This document shows positions 38,151-49,998 of a stretch of 64,000 nucleotides of DNA, piece by piece. Under the pieces are notes generated by a model. The model saw nothing but the letters and a program-made list of their open reading frames with translations, did no database searches and was not told the DNA's origin. The first letter of the stretch is position 1. Each line of letters begins with the position of its first letter. Source of the DNA: Scyliorhinus canicula (taxonomy: Eukaryota); the NCBI RefSeq assembly GCF_902713615.1, contig NC_052151.1:50010033-50074032 (forward strand), written 5' to 3'. A program made the translations under genes and the position numbers.

Positions 38151-40419
38151 TTGATCAGACTACTAATCTGAAGACATATGTAAATTGTCACCAAAACCTT
38201 CTCAAGGGAAAGTAGCGACAAATGCTGGCCTTGCCGGTAACTTTACATCTAATTCACAAATTTTTTAAAAGGAGTGCAACTTTGCTGAGGCCCATTGTAG
38301 AATTCTCTACTGCCACTACAGTAGAAGACATATCATCCACCATGTGACCACCAGAGATCAAAAGACAAGGCGTTCTTAGTCTGTAATGCTTGGTCTATTG
38401 TATTTATCTACTGAACCATTCCCAGTTCTACCAGAAAAGGCAACATTTTTAAATTGACTGCAAATGATGCAAAAGATTTTGCTAACCTGTAATTAATTTA
38501 CTTGTTTTCTAGGCTGCAGGAAACAAAACACAGCTTGTTAAATAAAAGCCGTTTTATAATCGATATCGTTGGGTAGCTGAACTGCTGCAAACAACAAAAA
38601 ATATTTTTTTTGAAATTGCAAATTAAGGCAGTTGGCTTCCTCGTGCTGTGCCATATACATTTTTGGGGATAACTAGGTGAAAATTATCACGATCCTTCAA
38701 CTGTCGAAAACCAATTTATTTTCAGGGCATTATCTTTTTACTCTGCTCAGAAATCAAGGCATGGGGTCAAGGCCCGTAGTCACAGAAATACTGCAGTTCA
38801 GAAGGAGGCCAGTTGGTAGAGAATAGAATATCATCAAGGAAGATTGTGTAGAACAGGGTGAAGTGTGGATTCTAAAAGCCTGAAGATTGAACGGGGAGGA
38901 AATGCATTTGTATCACACTGCGGTCTGTGAGAGCACACTGGGGAAAAATGGCTACTCCCATTGACGCTCCCCCCGCCCCAAAAAAAAACATTACAGCAGA
39001 ACTGTATTGCACTCAGGACATCTGAGGTAGTGAAAGGAGCTTTCTATATGTCAATCTTTCTTTTCTTCCTTGCAGAGGAAGTGTTGGGAGAAGGATGGGC
39101 AGGCCTCTGCAAAGACGAACGTAAACTGAGTTTCAAACAGAATGCATTAACTTAGTTAAGTTGTAGCAGCAATAGAAATTCCAAAGCACAAGGAGTCACA
39201 CTCAAACAGATTCATGGCCATCAATTGTTTCTCATGTTCTGCCGCACAGGAGGCCCTCTGGTGTCATTTACAATGCCTCACTAGTTGTCCATGAATTATG
39301 AACTATTAATGGTGTTAAGCAACTGCAACTTCAATTAGCAAGCTCTGAAAAGTAACAACATTCAGCTCCACTTAATGCAATCAATCAAACAGAACACTGG
39401 AGTCTTGGGAGACGGGTGGTGTGTTTTTCAGTTGCTGCATGCCAGATGAAAGAATAGCTCTGGTAAAGCCACTGTATTAGGTGACATGCTGATTCTACAA
39501 GCACACCGCAGAGACCAGGCATGTTCCCTTCAGTTTCACAACAGCTAATAGCTTGCAATACGAGATATGAGTCACATCAGAACTGCCAAGTTCTAAAACA
39601 TCCCCATGTTAAGGTGACCACGATAAACCAACACTACTCACTAACCAACCTTCTTTCGAGTGTTCTAATGCTCATTTTCTTGTTCACTTCTGGTTTGAAG
39701 CCACTTGTGTTAACAAGGAATTAAATTTAGTAATGAACAGAATAAATGAGCAAGTATGCAGTCCAATTGTTGCTTAGACAAGATCACAAAAACCAACCTG
39801 TTGTCACTTGGGAAGAATTACCTTTGATTCAGAGAAAGCCCAACAGATGTAAATTACCCTCGTGATGGCCTACAATGAATAATGAAATCCACAGGAGTTA
39901 ATCCAGATGGGATGATGAGGTAGCCAGGCAGAAGAATTCAAAGATTAAGAAAAGGACAATAAGATTGAAGAGGGTAATTTGAATAGCTACAAAAAATCTT
40001 GATTAAATACAATTCTTTAATGTCAGAAGTATCAAATCAAACCAATTACAAGCCGCAAATTATTAACTACCGAACTACTAACGGGCAACATTACTGCAGG
40101 AGAAAGCACTTCAATGTCATAACTCAGCGAAATAATTATTAGATATTTGTTGCAAAAAGGAGAGTTTTCACTCCATTAACTGTAACCTAGTGGTATACCA
40201 GCCTATCAGTTTTTGAAATCCAGGAATCAGTTGGTACAATTCTATCTTGGGGGTATGGGTTTGGACATAAAAACAACATGTATTTATACAGCATCTTTGA
40301 CACAGTAGAATACTCGATTCTCTTCTTTTGAATCCACTTGCATTGCAAGTTTAAAAGTCAGCATTTATTCCCCACTACGTTCAAATGGCCATTGTAGATC
40401 ATCACCCAGAATGAAGAAT

Positions 40420-40620
40420 AGTAAGAAGTCTTACAACACCAGGTTAAAGTCCAACAGGTTTGTTTCAAACACGAGCTTTCGGAGCACGGCTCCTTCTTCA
40501 GGTGAAGGAGCCGTGCTCCGAAAGCTCGTGTTTGAAACAAACCTGTTGGACTTTAACCTGGTGTTGTAAGACTTCTTACTGTGCTCACCCCAGTCCAACG
40601 CCGGCATCTCCACATCATGG
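40420..40620 (+). mobile_element. Fold-back Penelope-like mini-insertion, family 1 (perfect 77-bp palindrome)
   Basis: Arms 40420-40496 and 40504-40580 are exact reverse complements; 40-nt tail 40581-40620; TSD CAGAATGAAGAAT at 40407-40419 and 40621-40633; arm matches 51780-51850 downstream of the GIY-YIG ORF. Confidence 0.92.
40470..40506 (-). ncRNA. Minimal type I hammerhead ribozyme motif (intact core)
   Basis: UUCAC-CUGAAGA-A-GGAGC(CGU)GCUCC-GAAA-GC-U-C-GUG: CUGANGA and GAAA boxes, 5-bp stem II, self-complementary AGCU stem III, CAC:GUG stem I. Predicted cleavage between 40473 and 40472. Confidence 0.75.
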
Positions 40621-42114
40621 CAGAATGAAGAATGGCACTGATCATGGGATAGTCTAGACTTTCCCTTTCTGTCCTATTTCTGACATTAGCTAAGCACTGT
40701 TTCTTTGTTCTTTAAACAATTTCCCCAGAGGCCTGCCGGTAGGATTTTTTAGTCTCTTCATGTGCAAATATTATCATAGCAATAGTGTACAATCACAGAG
40801 CCACTCACTTTATCTTTTATTCATTCTGAGGATGCAGCCGTCCCTGACAAGGCAAGAATTTATTGCCTGTTCATTGAGAGTGTATGGTGAGCTCCCTTCT
40901 TGGACTGTTGCAGCCCACGAGGTGTAGATACACCCACAGTAATGATTAATGAGCCAAAGTTATCTTTTCACCCATAACTACCTCCTCACCAAAGAACATA
41001 TATATATTTTATCACTTTGTTTTTAAAAATTCTCCACACTGGTTCTACCCACCCTGTTCGGCTAAGTCTAACTTCAATATCGGTAATCTTTTCACTTCTT
41101 CCCCATATCACTTAAATAATGGAAATATTTTGGAGTTTGGAGAACAGCTCTTCCTCGAATACCACCATTTCTCAACGGGCAGCCAGGGCCTCGGTGCAGC
41201 ATATCACAGCTGTAAGATGACACTAACATAGAAACATCAAAAATAGTAGCAGGCATAGGCCATTCAGCCCTTCGACTCTTTCCAGATTCAAAGTCTGGGA
41301 GGGGTCCATCTTCCAACCTCTGAATATTTTTAAAATTAATTTACGGGATATAGGCGTTCTGGCTAGGCCAGAACTTTAATTCCCATCCCTAGTTGCCCTT
41401 CAGAAGGTGGTGGTGAGTTACCTCTTGAACCGCTGCAGTCTGTGATGTGTAGGTACACCCACAGTGCTGTTAGGGAGGGAGCTCCAGGATTTTGACCCAG
41501 CGACAGTGAAGGAACGGTGATATATTTCCAAGTTAGGTTGGTGAGTAACTTGGAGGGGAACTTCCTAGTGGTGGGGTTCCCATGTATCTGCTGTTCTTGT
41601 CCTTTTAGATGGTAGTGTTGGTGGGTTTGTAAAGTACTGCCGAAGGAACCTTGGTGAGTTCCTGCAGTGTATCATGTAGGCGGTGCACGTGGCTGCTACG
41701 GTTTGTCAGTAGTGGATGGATGGAATAGCTGATGAATGAGGGGAGACTGGTTGGGCGGTAATTGGCTTGTTTCATTCTGTTTCTTGTGTACAAGGCACAC
41801 CTCTGTAATTTTCCACATTTCTGGAAAGATGCCAGTGTTGTAGTTGTACTGGAACAGCTTGGCTAGGAGCGCACCCCATAGCCTTTGTAGTATCCACCGC
41901 CTTCAGCCATTTCTTGTTTTCATGTGGAGTGAATTGTATTGGCTGAAGACTGACATCTGTGATGCTAGAGACCTCTGGGGAAGGTCAGGATGGATCATCC
42001 ACCCGGCATTTTGCGAATGCTTCAGCCTTGTCTTTTGCACTATATGCTGGGCTCCTTCGTCACTGAGCCTTCTCCTCCAGTGAATTGTTTAATTGTCCAC
42101 CACCATTCACGGAC

Positions 42115-42930
42115 ATACAATGAATACACAATGTATATACATAGACAGAGACATTGGGTAGCAGTAGAGAGGATGCATAGAGAGATCAGGGGCGGGATTC
42201 CCCGACCCCCCTGCCAGGTCAAAGAATCGCCGGGGGGGAGGGTGGCGTGAATCCCGCCCCCATCAGCCACCGAATGCGCCGGTGCTGGAGCATTGGCGGG
42301 GTTCGTAAATCGCGCCGCGCCAGGTGGTGGCCGCTTGTAGCGCCCCCCCCCCCCGGCGATTCTCCGACCCGTGATGGTCCAAAGTCCCGCTTGTTCTATG
42401 CAGGTCTCGCCGCGTAAATTGGCGGGACTTGGCGACACGGGCGGGGTCCGGGGTCCTGCGGGGGGGCGCAAGGCGATCTGGCCCCGGGGGGTGCCCCCAC
42501 GGTGGCCTGGCCCGCGATCGGGGGCCACCGATCCGCGGGTGGGCCTGTGCCATGGCGGCACTCTTTTCCTACACGCCGGCTGTATAGGCCTCCGCAATGG
42601 CCGACACGTAGGTGAACCTCCCCTGCGCATGCGCGGCGATGACGTCAGCAGCCGCTGACGCTCCCGTGCATGCGTGGACCTGCACCAGCCAGCAGAGTCC
42701 CTTCGGCCCCGGCTGGCACGGCGCCAAAGGCCTTCCACGCCGGCCGGCAGGGCGGCAACCACTCCAGGACAGGCCTAGCCCCTAAAGGTGCGGAGGATTC
42801 CTCAGCTTTGGGGCGGCCCGACGCCGGAATGGTTCACGCCACTCCGTCCCGCCGGGACCATCCCGCCCCAGTTCAGTCCATAAGAGGGCCATTCAGGAGT
42901 CTGGTAATAGCAGGCAAGAAGCTGTTTTAC
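42115..42930 (-). mobile_element. Rex1/Babar-like LINE 3' fragment, split by a MITE
   Basis: Minus strand of 42890-42928 encodes NSFLPAITRLLN, a Rex1-type C-terminal motif; 3' UTR at 42115-42189. Confidence 0.55.
42190..42868. mobile_element. Harbinger-type TIR element
   Basis: TIRs GGGCGGGATTCCCC and GGACCATCCCGCCC; perfect TSD CAG at 42187-42189 and 42869-42871. Confidence 0.9.
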
Positions 42931-43959
42931 AATTCTGCTGATGTCCCATTGCGGCTCATGGATATCCAGTCTTCAGTTGCTAGATCTTATTTGAAGTCTG
43001 TCCCATTTAGCACGATGGTAGTGCCACACAGAATGATGGAGTATATCGTCAATGTGAAGATGGGACTTTGTCTCCACAAGGACTGTGCGGTGGTTGCTAC
43101 TGATATTGTTATGAACAGATGCATCTGCGGCAGGCAGGTTGGTGAGGATGAGGTCAAGTTTTTCGCTTTTGTTGGTTCCCCCATCACCTCTAGCAGCTAT
43201 GTCCTTTAATACCCAGCTCGCTCAGTCTCTGGCGGTACTAATGAGCCACTCTTGGTGATGGACATTGATATCCCCCATCCAGAGTATATTCTGCCCCCTT
43301 GCCTCCCTCAGTGCTTCCTCCAAGTGGTGTTCAAAATGGAGGAGGACTGATGCATCAGCTGATGGTGGCTGGTAGGTGGTAATCAGCAGGAGGTTTCCTT
43401 GCCCATGTGTAACCTGAAGCCATGAGTCTTCATGGGGCCAATGTTGAAGTCTCCGATGGCAAAACCCTTCCGACTGTAATCTGCTGGCTCTGTCCTGCCG
43501 GTGAGACAGGGCACACCCAACAGTGGTGATGCGAGTGCCTGTGACATTTTCGGTATGGTATGATTCTGTGAGTATGACTAAGTCAGGCTGTTCCTTGACT
43601 AGTCTGTGAGAAAGCTCTCCCAACTTTGGCACAAACCCCAGATGTTAGTAAGGAGGACTTTGCAGGGTCGACAGGGCTGAGTTCGATGTTGTAATTTTTG
43701 GTGCCGAGGCCCATCTCCAATGTGCTCAGAACTGACCCGGCATGTTTCCTGCCTGAGATCAAGTTATCTTCAGAGGTTCTTTTGGTGAGAGTGGGGCTGG
43801 ACCATGTGCTACCCTGTTAACTCCTCTAGCTAACTGCAGTTGACATAACAAGGCCTATCCTCTGCTGTGTTACTTGCGCTCTCTCATCCCTTAATGGCTA
43901 GTCCATGACTCTTCAGTACCTGTGTTATTCTCTATCAAAACATCAAATGGTGTGATCAA

Positions 43960-44288
43960 ATAGAACATAGAACAGTACAGCCCCTTCGGCCCTCGATGTT
44001 GTGCCAAGCAATGATCACCCTACTCAAACCCCAAGTATCCACCCTATACCCGTAACCCAACAACCCTCCCTTAACCTTTTTAGGACACTACGGGCAATTT
44101 AGCATGGCCAATCCATCTAACCCGCACATCTTTGGACTGTGGGAGGAAACCGGAGCACCCGGAGGAAACCCACGCACACACTGGGAGGACGTGCAGACTC
44201 CGCACAGACAGTGACCCAGCCGGGAACCAAACCTGGGACCTTGGAGCTGTGAAGCATTTATGCTAACCACCATGCTACCATGCTGCCC
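43960..44288 (-). mobile_element. HE1-type V-SINE
   Basis: Head, V-domain and TTCTATG/TTCTAT tail repeat. Confidence 0.9.
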
Positions 44289-44899
44289 CCTTGTAACTCG
44301 TAACCCTGTCACCCCAATGTGATTGAAGTATTCCAGCCAAACAGTTCATGTTCAAGCAGCTACCATCCCAGCAGAAACGTGAGATCACACATTAATAAAC
44401 AGCGAGGGTATAAAACGCACACAGTCAGGTCAACCTAAACACAAATTTCAACTCAACCTGCCAGTGCCTGCCTTTTTGTGCACTTTAGTTTGCAGTGTGC
44501 AATGATTTTTTTTTCCAAGGCTAGAAAATAAAGCTTGTTGACAGGTTCAAAAGGACCGGTGAAGGCTACACAGTTACTGGGGATGGCACGTGAATGCCCA
44601 ATGCAAAAAGAAGTATTGCCATAATTATACATTCTGGATTCATTTAATAAGGACTGAAATAAAGTACAGAGAAGATAGGATCAGTTCAAAGTCATGATTA
44701 AACTAAAACCACACTTTGATTTTGAAAGCCTACAGACAGTGGAAGGAAGGAAATAATTGAGGTAGGCAATAAGTTATTGCCTTGAAAGCAATTGAATGAA
44801 GGTAGGAATGGTGATTAGGAGTGGAGAGTCAGTTTAGAAGGGACAGAGCTATTCTATAATTTGCAAATGGAGACGCGCATCACGATGCATACGAACACT

Positions 44900-45290
44900 G
44901 TTAGCTCTTGAGCACACAGAAGGTGGCCATCCTCGTCATGAGCCAAGCTAAGATCCTGCAGAAATGGTGTGAGCACTTTAAGAAATGACTGAAGGATCCA
45001 GTGACCTCCATCAATTAAGTTGAAGTTTTTGACAGAGTCACATAGCAACTGCATCATTTGAGAACGCAGGAGTGCTGCACAACTGCCAAGTTATTTGAAC
45101 CACCAGGGCAATGAAGGACAGACAGGATAGAATCCTGCAGAGATTTACAATGGCAGTTACAGGGCTCCATCAACCTGCTTCCCACAGACTTCAAAATAAT
45201 ACGAAGAAATGGCTCCATTCCACAAAACCTAAAGGGCATGGCAATTCTTCCCATCTACACGGGCAGAAACAAGAGAACCACAGCTGTACA
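44900..45290 (+). mobile_element. Old RTE-clade LINE ORF2 fragment
   Basis: Degenerate peptides ILQKWCEHFK, DRIPAEIY and IPQNLKGMAILPIY, typical of the region just upstream of an RTE RT domain. Confidence 0.5.
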
Positions 45291-46049
45291 ACAAGTGTGG
45301 ATTTTTTTTTTTGACAGACAATAAAATATTTTTAAAACAAAACAAATTTTCATGTTATGGCGGTGTCGTGGTGGTATAGGGTGGTGAGGCTTACGGATGT
45401 GGGAAGAGAGGAGTGGTGGTCTTAATGCAGAGGCTAGGGGGGAGTCACCCGCGGAAAGCAGTCATTGTTGAGGGAAGGGGAGAGGCGATATACAAAGTAG
45501 GCCATTGAGGGATTTGCACCCTCCCTTCTCACCTGAACATGGTGACTTGAAGAACTAACCAGCTGCCCTTAAACCCCTCCCATCAACCGCAAAATTGAGG
45601 CCAGATGGGAAACAACCATTAAGTGGATATTAATTGGCCACTTTTTTATTCACTCATGGGATTGGCCGTCGCTAGCTAAGCCATCCTTAGTAAGTGTCCA
45701 TCCTTATTTGCCCTTGCCCATTTGAGAGGGCATTTAAGAGTCAACCATATTGTTTTGGATCTAGAGTCACATGTAGATCAAACCAGGTAAGGGTCTCAGA
45801 TTTACATTAGTGAACTAGATGAGTTTTTAACATCAATCGGCAAAGGTTTCATGGTCATCATTAGACTTTTAGCTTTTTTTTATCTTAAGTGCCTGAATTG
45901 AGGGAGGCTGGGCCAGCCTAGATCTCCCCCATGAATTGTAAAATTGAAGTTAGGGTGGGCAGTGCAGTATGGAAGCCATCTGAGGAATTTTACTGGCCCT
46001 GTCTCCAAATGCGTTGGCTGGAGACCATAAATTTCTGCCCAACATTTAG

Positions 46050-47095
46050 TCATGTATTCAAAGAGTCGAAGAGGCCTCTTATCCCATCGAGTCTGTACTG
46101 ACAAAACTATACTAAATCTGTACTAATCCCACTTTCCAGTACTTGGCCTATAGCCTTGAATGCTACAACATTTCAAGTTCTCATCCACATATTTTTTAAA
46201 GGTTGTGAAGTTTCTCACCTCTACTATATTCCCAGGGAGTGGATTCCAAACTCCCACACACTCTGGGTGAAAAACAATTTCTTCAAATCCCCTCTAAACC
46301 TCCCGCCCTTCACCTTAAAGTTATGCCCCCTCGTTACTGAGCCTTCAACTAAGGGGAACAGCTGTTTTCTACCCACCCAGTCCATAACCCTCATAACCTT
46401 ATAACAACTCATTCAAGGCCCCCCTCAACCTTCTCTGCTCTAAAGAAAACAATCAAAGCCTACCCAGCCTCTCCTCATAGCTCAACTGCACCATCCCAGG
46501 CATCATCCTGGTGAATCTCCTCTGCACCTGCTCCAGTGCAATCACATCGTGAGGCGACCAGAACTGCACACAGTACTCCAGCTGTGGCCTAAACATGTTT
46601 TGTACAGCTCCAACGTAACCTCCATGCTCTTATAATCTATTTCATAACTGATAAGGTCAAGTGTCCTGTATGCCTTCTTAACTATCCTATTAACCAGTCC
46701 TGCCACCTTCGGGGGCAAGCACGCCAAGATCCTTCAGTTCTTCTGAGCTAGTGTCCGACCATTCATTGAGTACTTCCCTGTCTTGTTGCTCCTTCCAAAG
46801 TGCATCAGCTCACACTTTTCAGGGTTAAATTCCATCTGCCACGGATTTGCCCATCTGACCAACCCACCTATATCTTCCTGCAACCATCTTGCTCATTACT
46901 GCCACCTTGCCAATCTTCATGTCATCTGCAAACTTACTTATCACCCCCCACACACACGTTCGCATTAATATCATTTATATATATCATGAACAATAAGGGA
47001 CTCAGCACTGATCCCTGTAGTACGCCACTGGACACCACTTCCATTCATACAGATAGCCATCTACCACCACTCTGCGTCTACGACCACTACAGCCA
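46050..47095 (-). mobile_element. CR1 LINE 3' portion
   Basis: YKVMRVMD...TRGHNFKVKGGRFRGD; RT C-terminal sequence. Confidence 0.85.
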
Positions 47096-47202
47096 CTGCT
47101 GTGGAATGTTGGGTGGGTTTAATGAAATAATATGTTTCCTCAAATAAAGGGAGCAAAACTGCGCACAGTATTTGAAGTGGCCTCACCAGTGTGTTGTACA
47201 GA

Positions 47203-47543
47203 TCATAGAATTTACAGTGCAGGAGGAGGCCATTTGGCCCATTGAGTCTGCACTGGCTCTTGGAAAGAGCACCCTACCCAAGGCCACACTTCCACCCTAT
47301 CTCCATAATCCAGTAACCCCACCTAACACTGAGGGCAATTTTGGACACGCAGGGCAATTTATCATGGCCAATCCACCTAACCTGCACATCTTTGGACTGT
47401 GGGAGGAAACCGGAGCACACGGAGGAAACCCACGCACACACAGAGAACGTGCAGACTCCGCACAGCCACTGACCTAAGCCGAGAATCGAACCTGGGACCC
47501 CAGAGTTGTGAAGCAATTGTGCTAACCACTATGCTGCCATGCT
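47203..47543 (-). mobile_element. HE1-type V-SINE inserted in CR1 debris
   Basis: Complete head, V-domain and tail. Confidence 0.9.
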
Positions 47544-47544
47544 G

Positions 47545-48935
47545 CCTTGCATCAAGACATGCAGCAAGACATCCCTACTCTTATACTCGAACCCCCTTGA
47601 AATAAAGGCCGACATTCTATTAGCCTTCCTGATTACCTGCTGCACTTGTGTGCTAGCTTCCTGTCCCTTTATGTTGCAGCTTTCTGCAGTTTTTCTCCAT
47701 TTAAATGATACTCTGGGCGGGATTCTCTCAGCCCAGGGTCGGGCCGGAGAATCCCCGCGACTGGCACGAGTCATGCCACGCCGCCCTGACGCCGGAACGC
47801 GATTCTCCGCAGGGCAGTGAATCGGCGCCATTGGCACCAGCGTGATTGGCACGGCGCCGGTCAGGGCGCCGCTCTACGCGGCCGACCCGCCATTTCCCGG
47901 CCTGGGATGGGCTGAGCGGCCGTCGTAAAAATGCCGAGTCCCGCCAGCGCCGTCCACACCTGCTCTCAGCTGGCGGGAACTCGGGGGTGGGCAGGTTCCG
48001 ACCCCGGAAGGGCCTCCGATGTGGCCTGGCCCGCGATCGGGCCCACCGATAGGCGGGCCAGCCTCTCTGGCTGGCTGCCTCCTTTCTTCCAAGCCGGCCC
48101 CTGTAGTCCTGCGTTATGTTGCGTCGGGGCCGGCGCGTTGAAGGAAGCCACTGCGCATGCATGCTTTGGTGCAGGTGCCACTGCGCATGCGCGGATTCTG
48201 CGGCGCCCAGTTCACGCCGGGATCAGCAGCTGGAGTGGCATGAACCACTCCAGCACTGTGTTGGCCCCCTGTAGGGGCCAGAATTGCTGATCCTGAGGCC
48301 GTGTTGACGCCGTCGTGAAACCCGACGGCGTTTTCAACAGCGTCATCACTTATCCTCAGGATCACAGAATCCCGCCTTCTGTTCTTTTGACCCCCTTTTC
48401 GAAATGAAGAACTTCTCATCAGCCTTCCTGATTACCTGCTGCCCCTGTGCACAAGTTATTTTGTTCTCCCTTCCAAAATGAACCATTTCACATTTTCCCA
48501 CATTATACTCCATTTGCAAGCTTTTACACCACTTACTCAGCCTATCAATATTTCTTCAAACTGTTTTTATCCCTCTCAAAACTTGCTTTTCCACCTATTT
48601 TTGTGTTGTCTGCAAATTTGGCTCTTTTGCTTCCTTCCACCAAACCATTAATATATATTGTAAATGGTTGCGTTCCCAGCACTGATCCTTGTGGAGCGCC
48701 ACTCGTTACAGGTCACCAACCTGATAAAGAACCCCTTAGTCCCACTCACTGTTTCCTGCCCATCAGCCAATTCTCTATCCATGCCAATATACTATCTCCA
48801 ACACCATGGGCTCTTACCTGATGACTCAACCTTTTGTGAGGTGCCTTATTAAATGGTTTCTGGAATTCCAAATACAACACATCTACTGGGTCCCCTCTAT
48901 CTACTCTGGTTGAGACTCCCGTAAATTAGTCAGAC
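47545..48935 (-). mobile_element. CR1 RT fragments, split by a MITE at 47715-48377
   Basis: QVQQVIRKANRMSAFISRGFEYKSRDV; PQGSVL-coding sequence near 48680-48700. Confidence 0.8.
47715..48377. mobile_element. Harbinger-type TIR element
   Basis: TIRs GGGCGGGATTCTCT and ACAGAATCCCGCCT; perfect TSD TCT at 47712-47714 and 48378-48380. Confidence 0.9.
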
Positions 48936-48998
48936 ACAATAAGCTGGATTCTCCAACCTCCCAGCCACGCATTTCCCGATGGTGGGAGGTGGCGCACT

Positions 48999-49357
48999 TT
49001 GAGAGGTTTAGATAGAGTAGACATGGAGAAGATGCTTCCACCAGTAGGAGAGACTAGAACCCAAAGGCACAGCATCAGACTGAAGGGACGATCGTTTAAA
49101 ACTGAGATAAGGAGGAATTACTTCAGCAAGAGGGTGGTGAATCTGTGGAACTCTTTGCCGCAGAAGGCTGGGGAGGCCAAATCACTGAGTGTCTTTAAGA
49201 CAGAGATAGATAGGTTCTTGATTAATAAGGGTTTCAGGGGTTATGGGGAGAAGGCAGGAGAATGGGAATGAGAAACACATCAGCCATGATCGAATAGCAG
49301 AGCAGACTCAATGGGCCAAATGGCCTAATTCTGCTCCTATATCTTATGGTCTTATGA
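48999..49357 (+). mobile_element. CR1 (HER1-like) 3' end
   Basis: Close match to 16050-16405; ends TCTTATGGTCTTATG. Confidence 0.9.
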
Positions 49358-49585
49358 TCTTCTCCTATTCCCATATTCAATTAAGCCCCAAGAGTACCAA
49401 GAGGGCCATTTCCGAGTCCGAAGTAGAAAGCATTGGAACACAATTGCAAGCAATCTTTTTGCTGGGAATGAAGATCAGATATAGGAACTGAAATTTCCCA
49501 AGCTCATTTAACATGGCACATCTTATAGTTGCCAAGGAGGCTTTCATAATTCTGCATGCTAAAACCCTTTAGAAACATAGAATCA

Positions 49586-49998
49586 CTTCTTGGGCAGTCC
49601 CTCAGGGTCGAGGAGGACTTGCTTCCACTCCGGGGAGGTGGGTTCTGCGGTGGCTGAATAGTCCAATCCTGGGTCCGCAGACTCTGCCACAGGTTTGGTA
49701 GGTGGTGTTTGATGAGATGGGTGGGTGGGATGCTCAGGATTCTGTGCTCTCTTTCTGTTGTTTACACTTGGCCTCCACCTTTTCCACCCTGTGATGCTCG
49801 AGATGTTTGGGGTCCTCGCAGATGCTTTTTCTCCAGTTTGTGCGTTCTAAGGCAAGCAATTCCTAGGTGTCGATTGGGGATGTTGCATTTATTTAGGGAG
49901 GCTTTCAGAGTGTCCTTGTAGCAGTTGCTCGGCCCTCCTAGTGATCGCTTACCATTGCGGAGCTCAGAGTACTTGTTTCAGGAGTCTAGTGTCGGTCA
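49586..49998 (-). mobile_element. RTE-clade LINE 3' end
   Basis: Minus strand encodes SELRNGKRSLGG...YKDTLKASL and ends GGAAGCAAGTCCTCCTCGACCCTGAGGGACTGCCCAAGAAG. Confidence 0.75.

Larger units (their letters stand above)
41335..43700 (-). mobile_element. Non-LTR retrotransposon (CR1/L2-group) with APE endonuclease remnant; internally deleted, with nested insertions
   Basis: ORF 43222..43632 PDLVILTESY...LLLITTYQPPS...WMGDINVHH has APE motifs; 3' tail at 41335-41430 is of the same type as 8125-8300. Confidence 0.8.

Noticed and set aside
40420-40580. Perfect hairpin as a miRNA precursor or DNA-transposon MITE
   Set aside because: The asymmetric 40-nt tail, 12-13 bp TSDs and match to the terminal repeat of a GIY-YIG element point to a Penelope-like origin.
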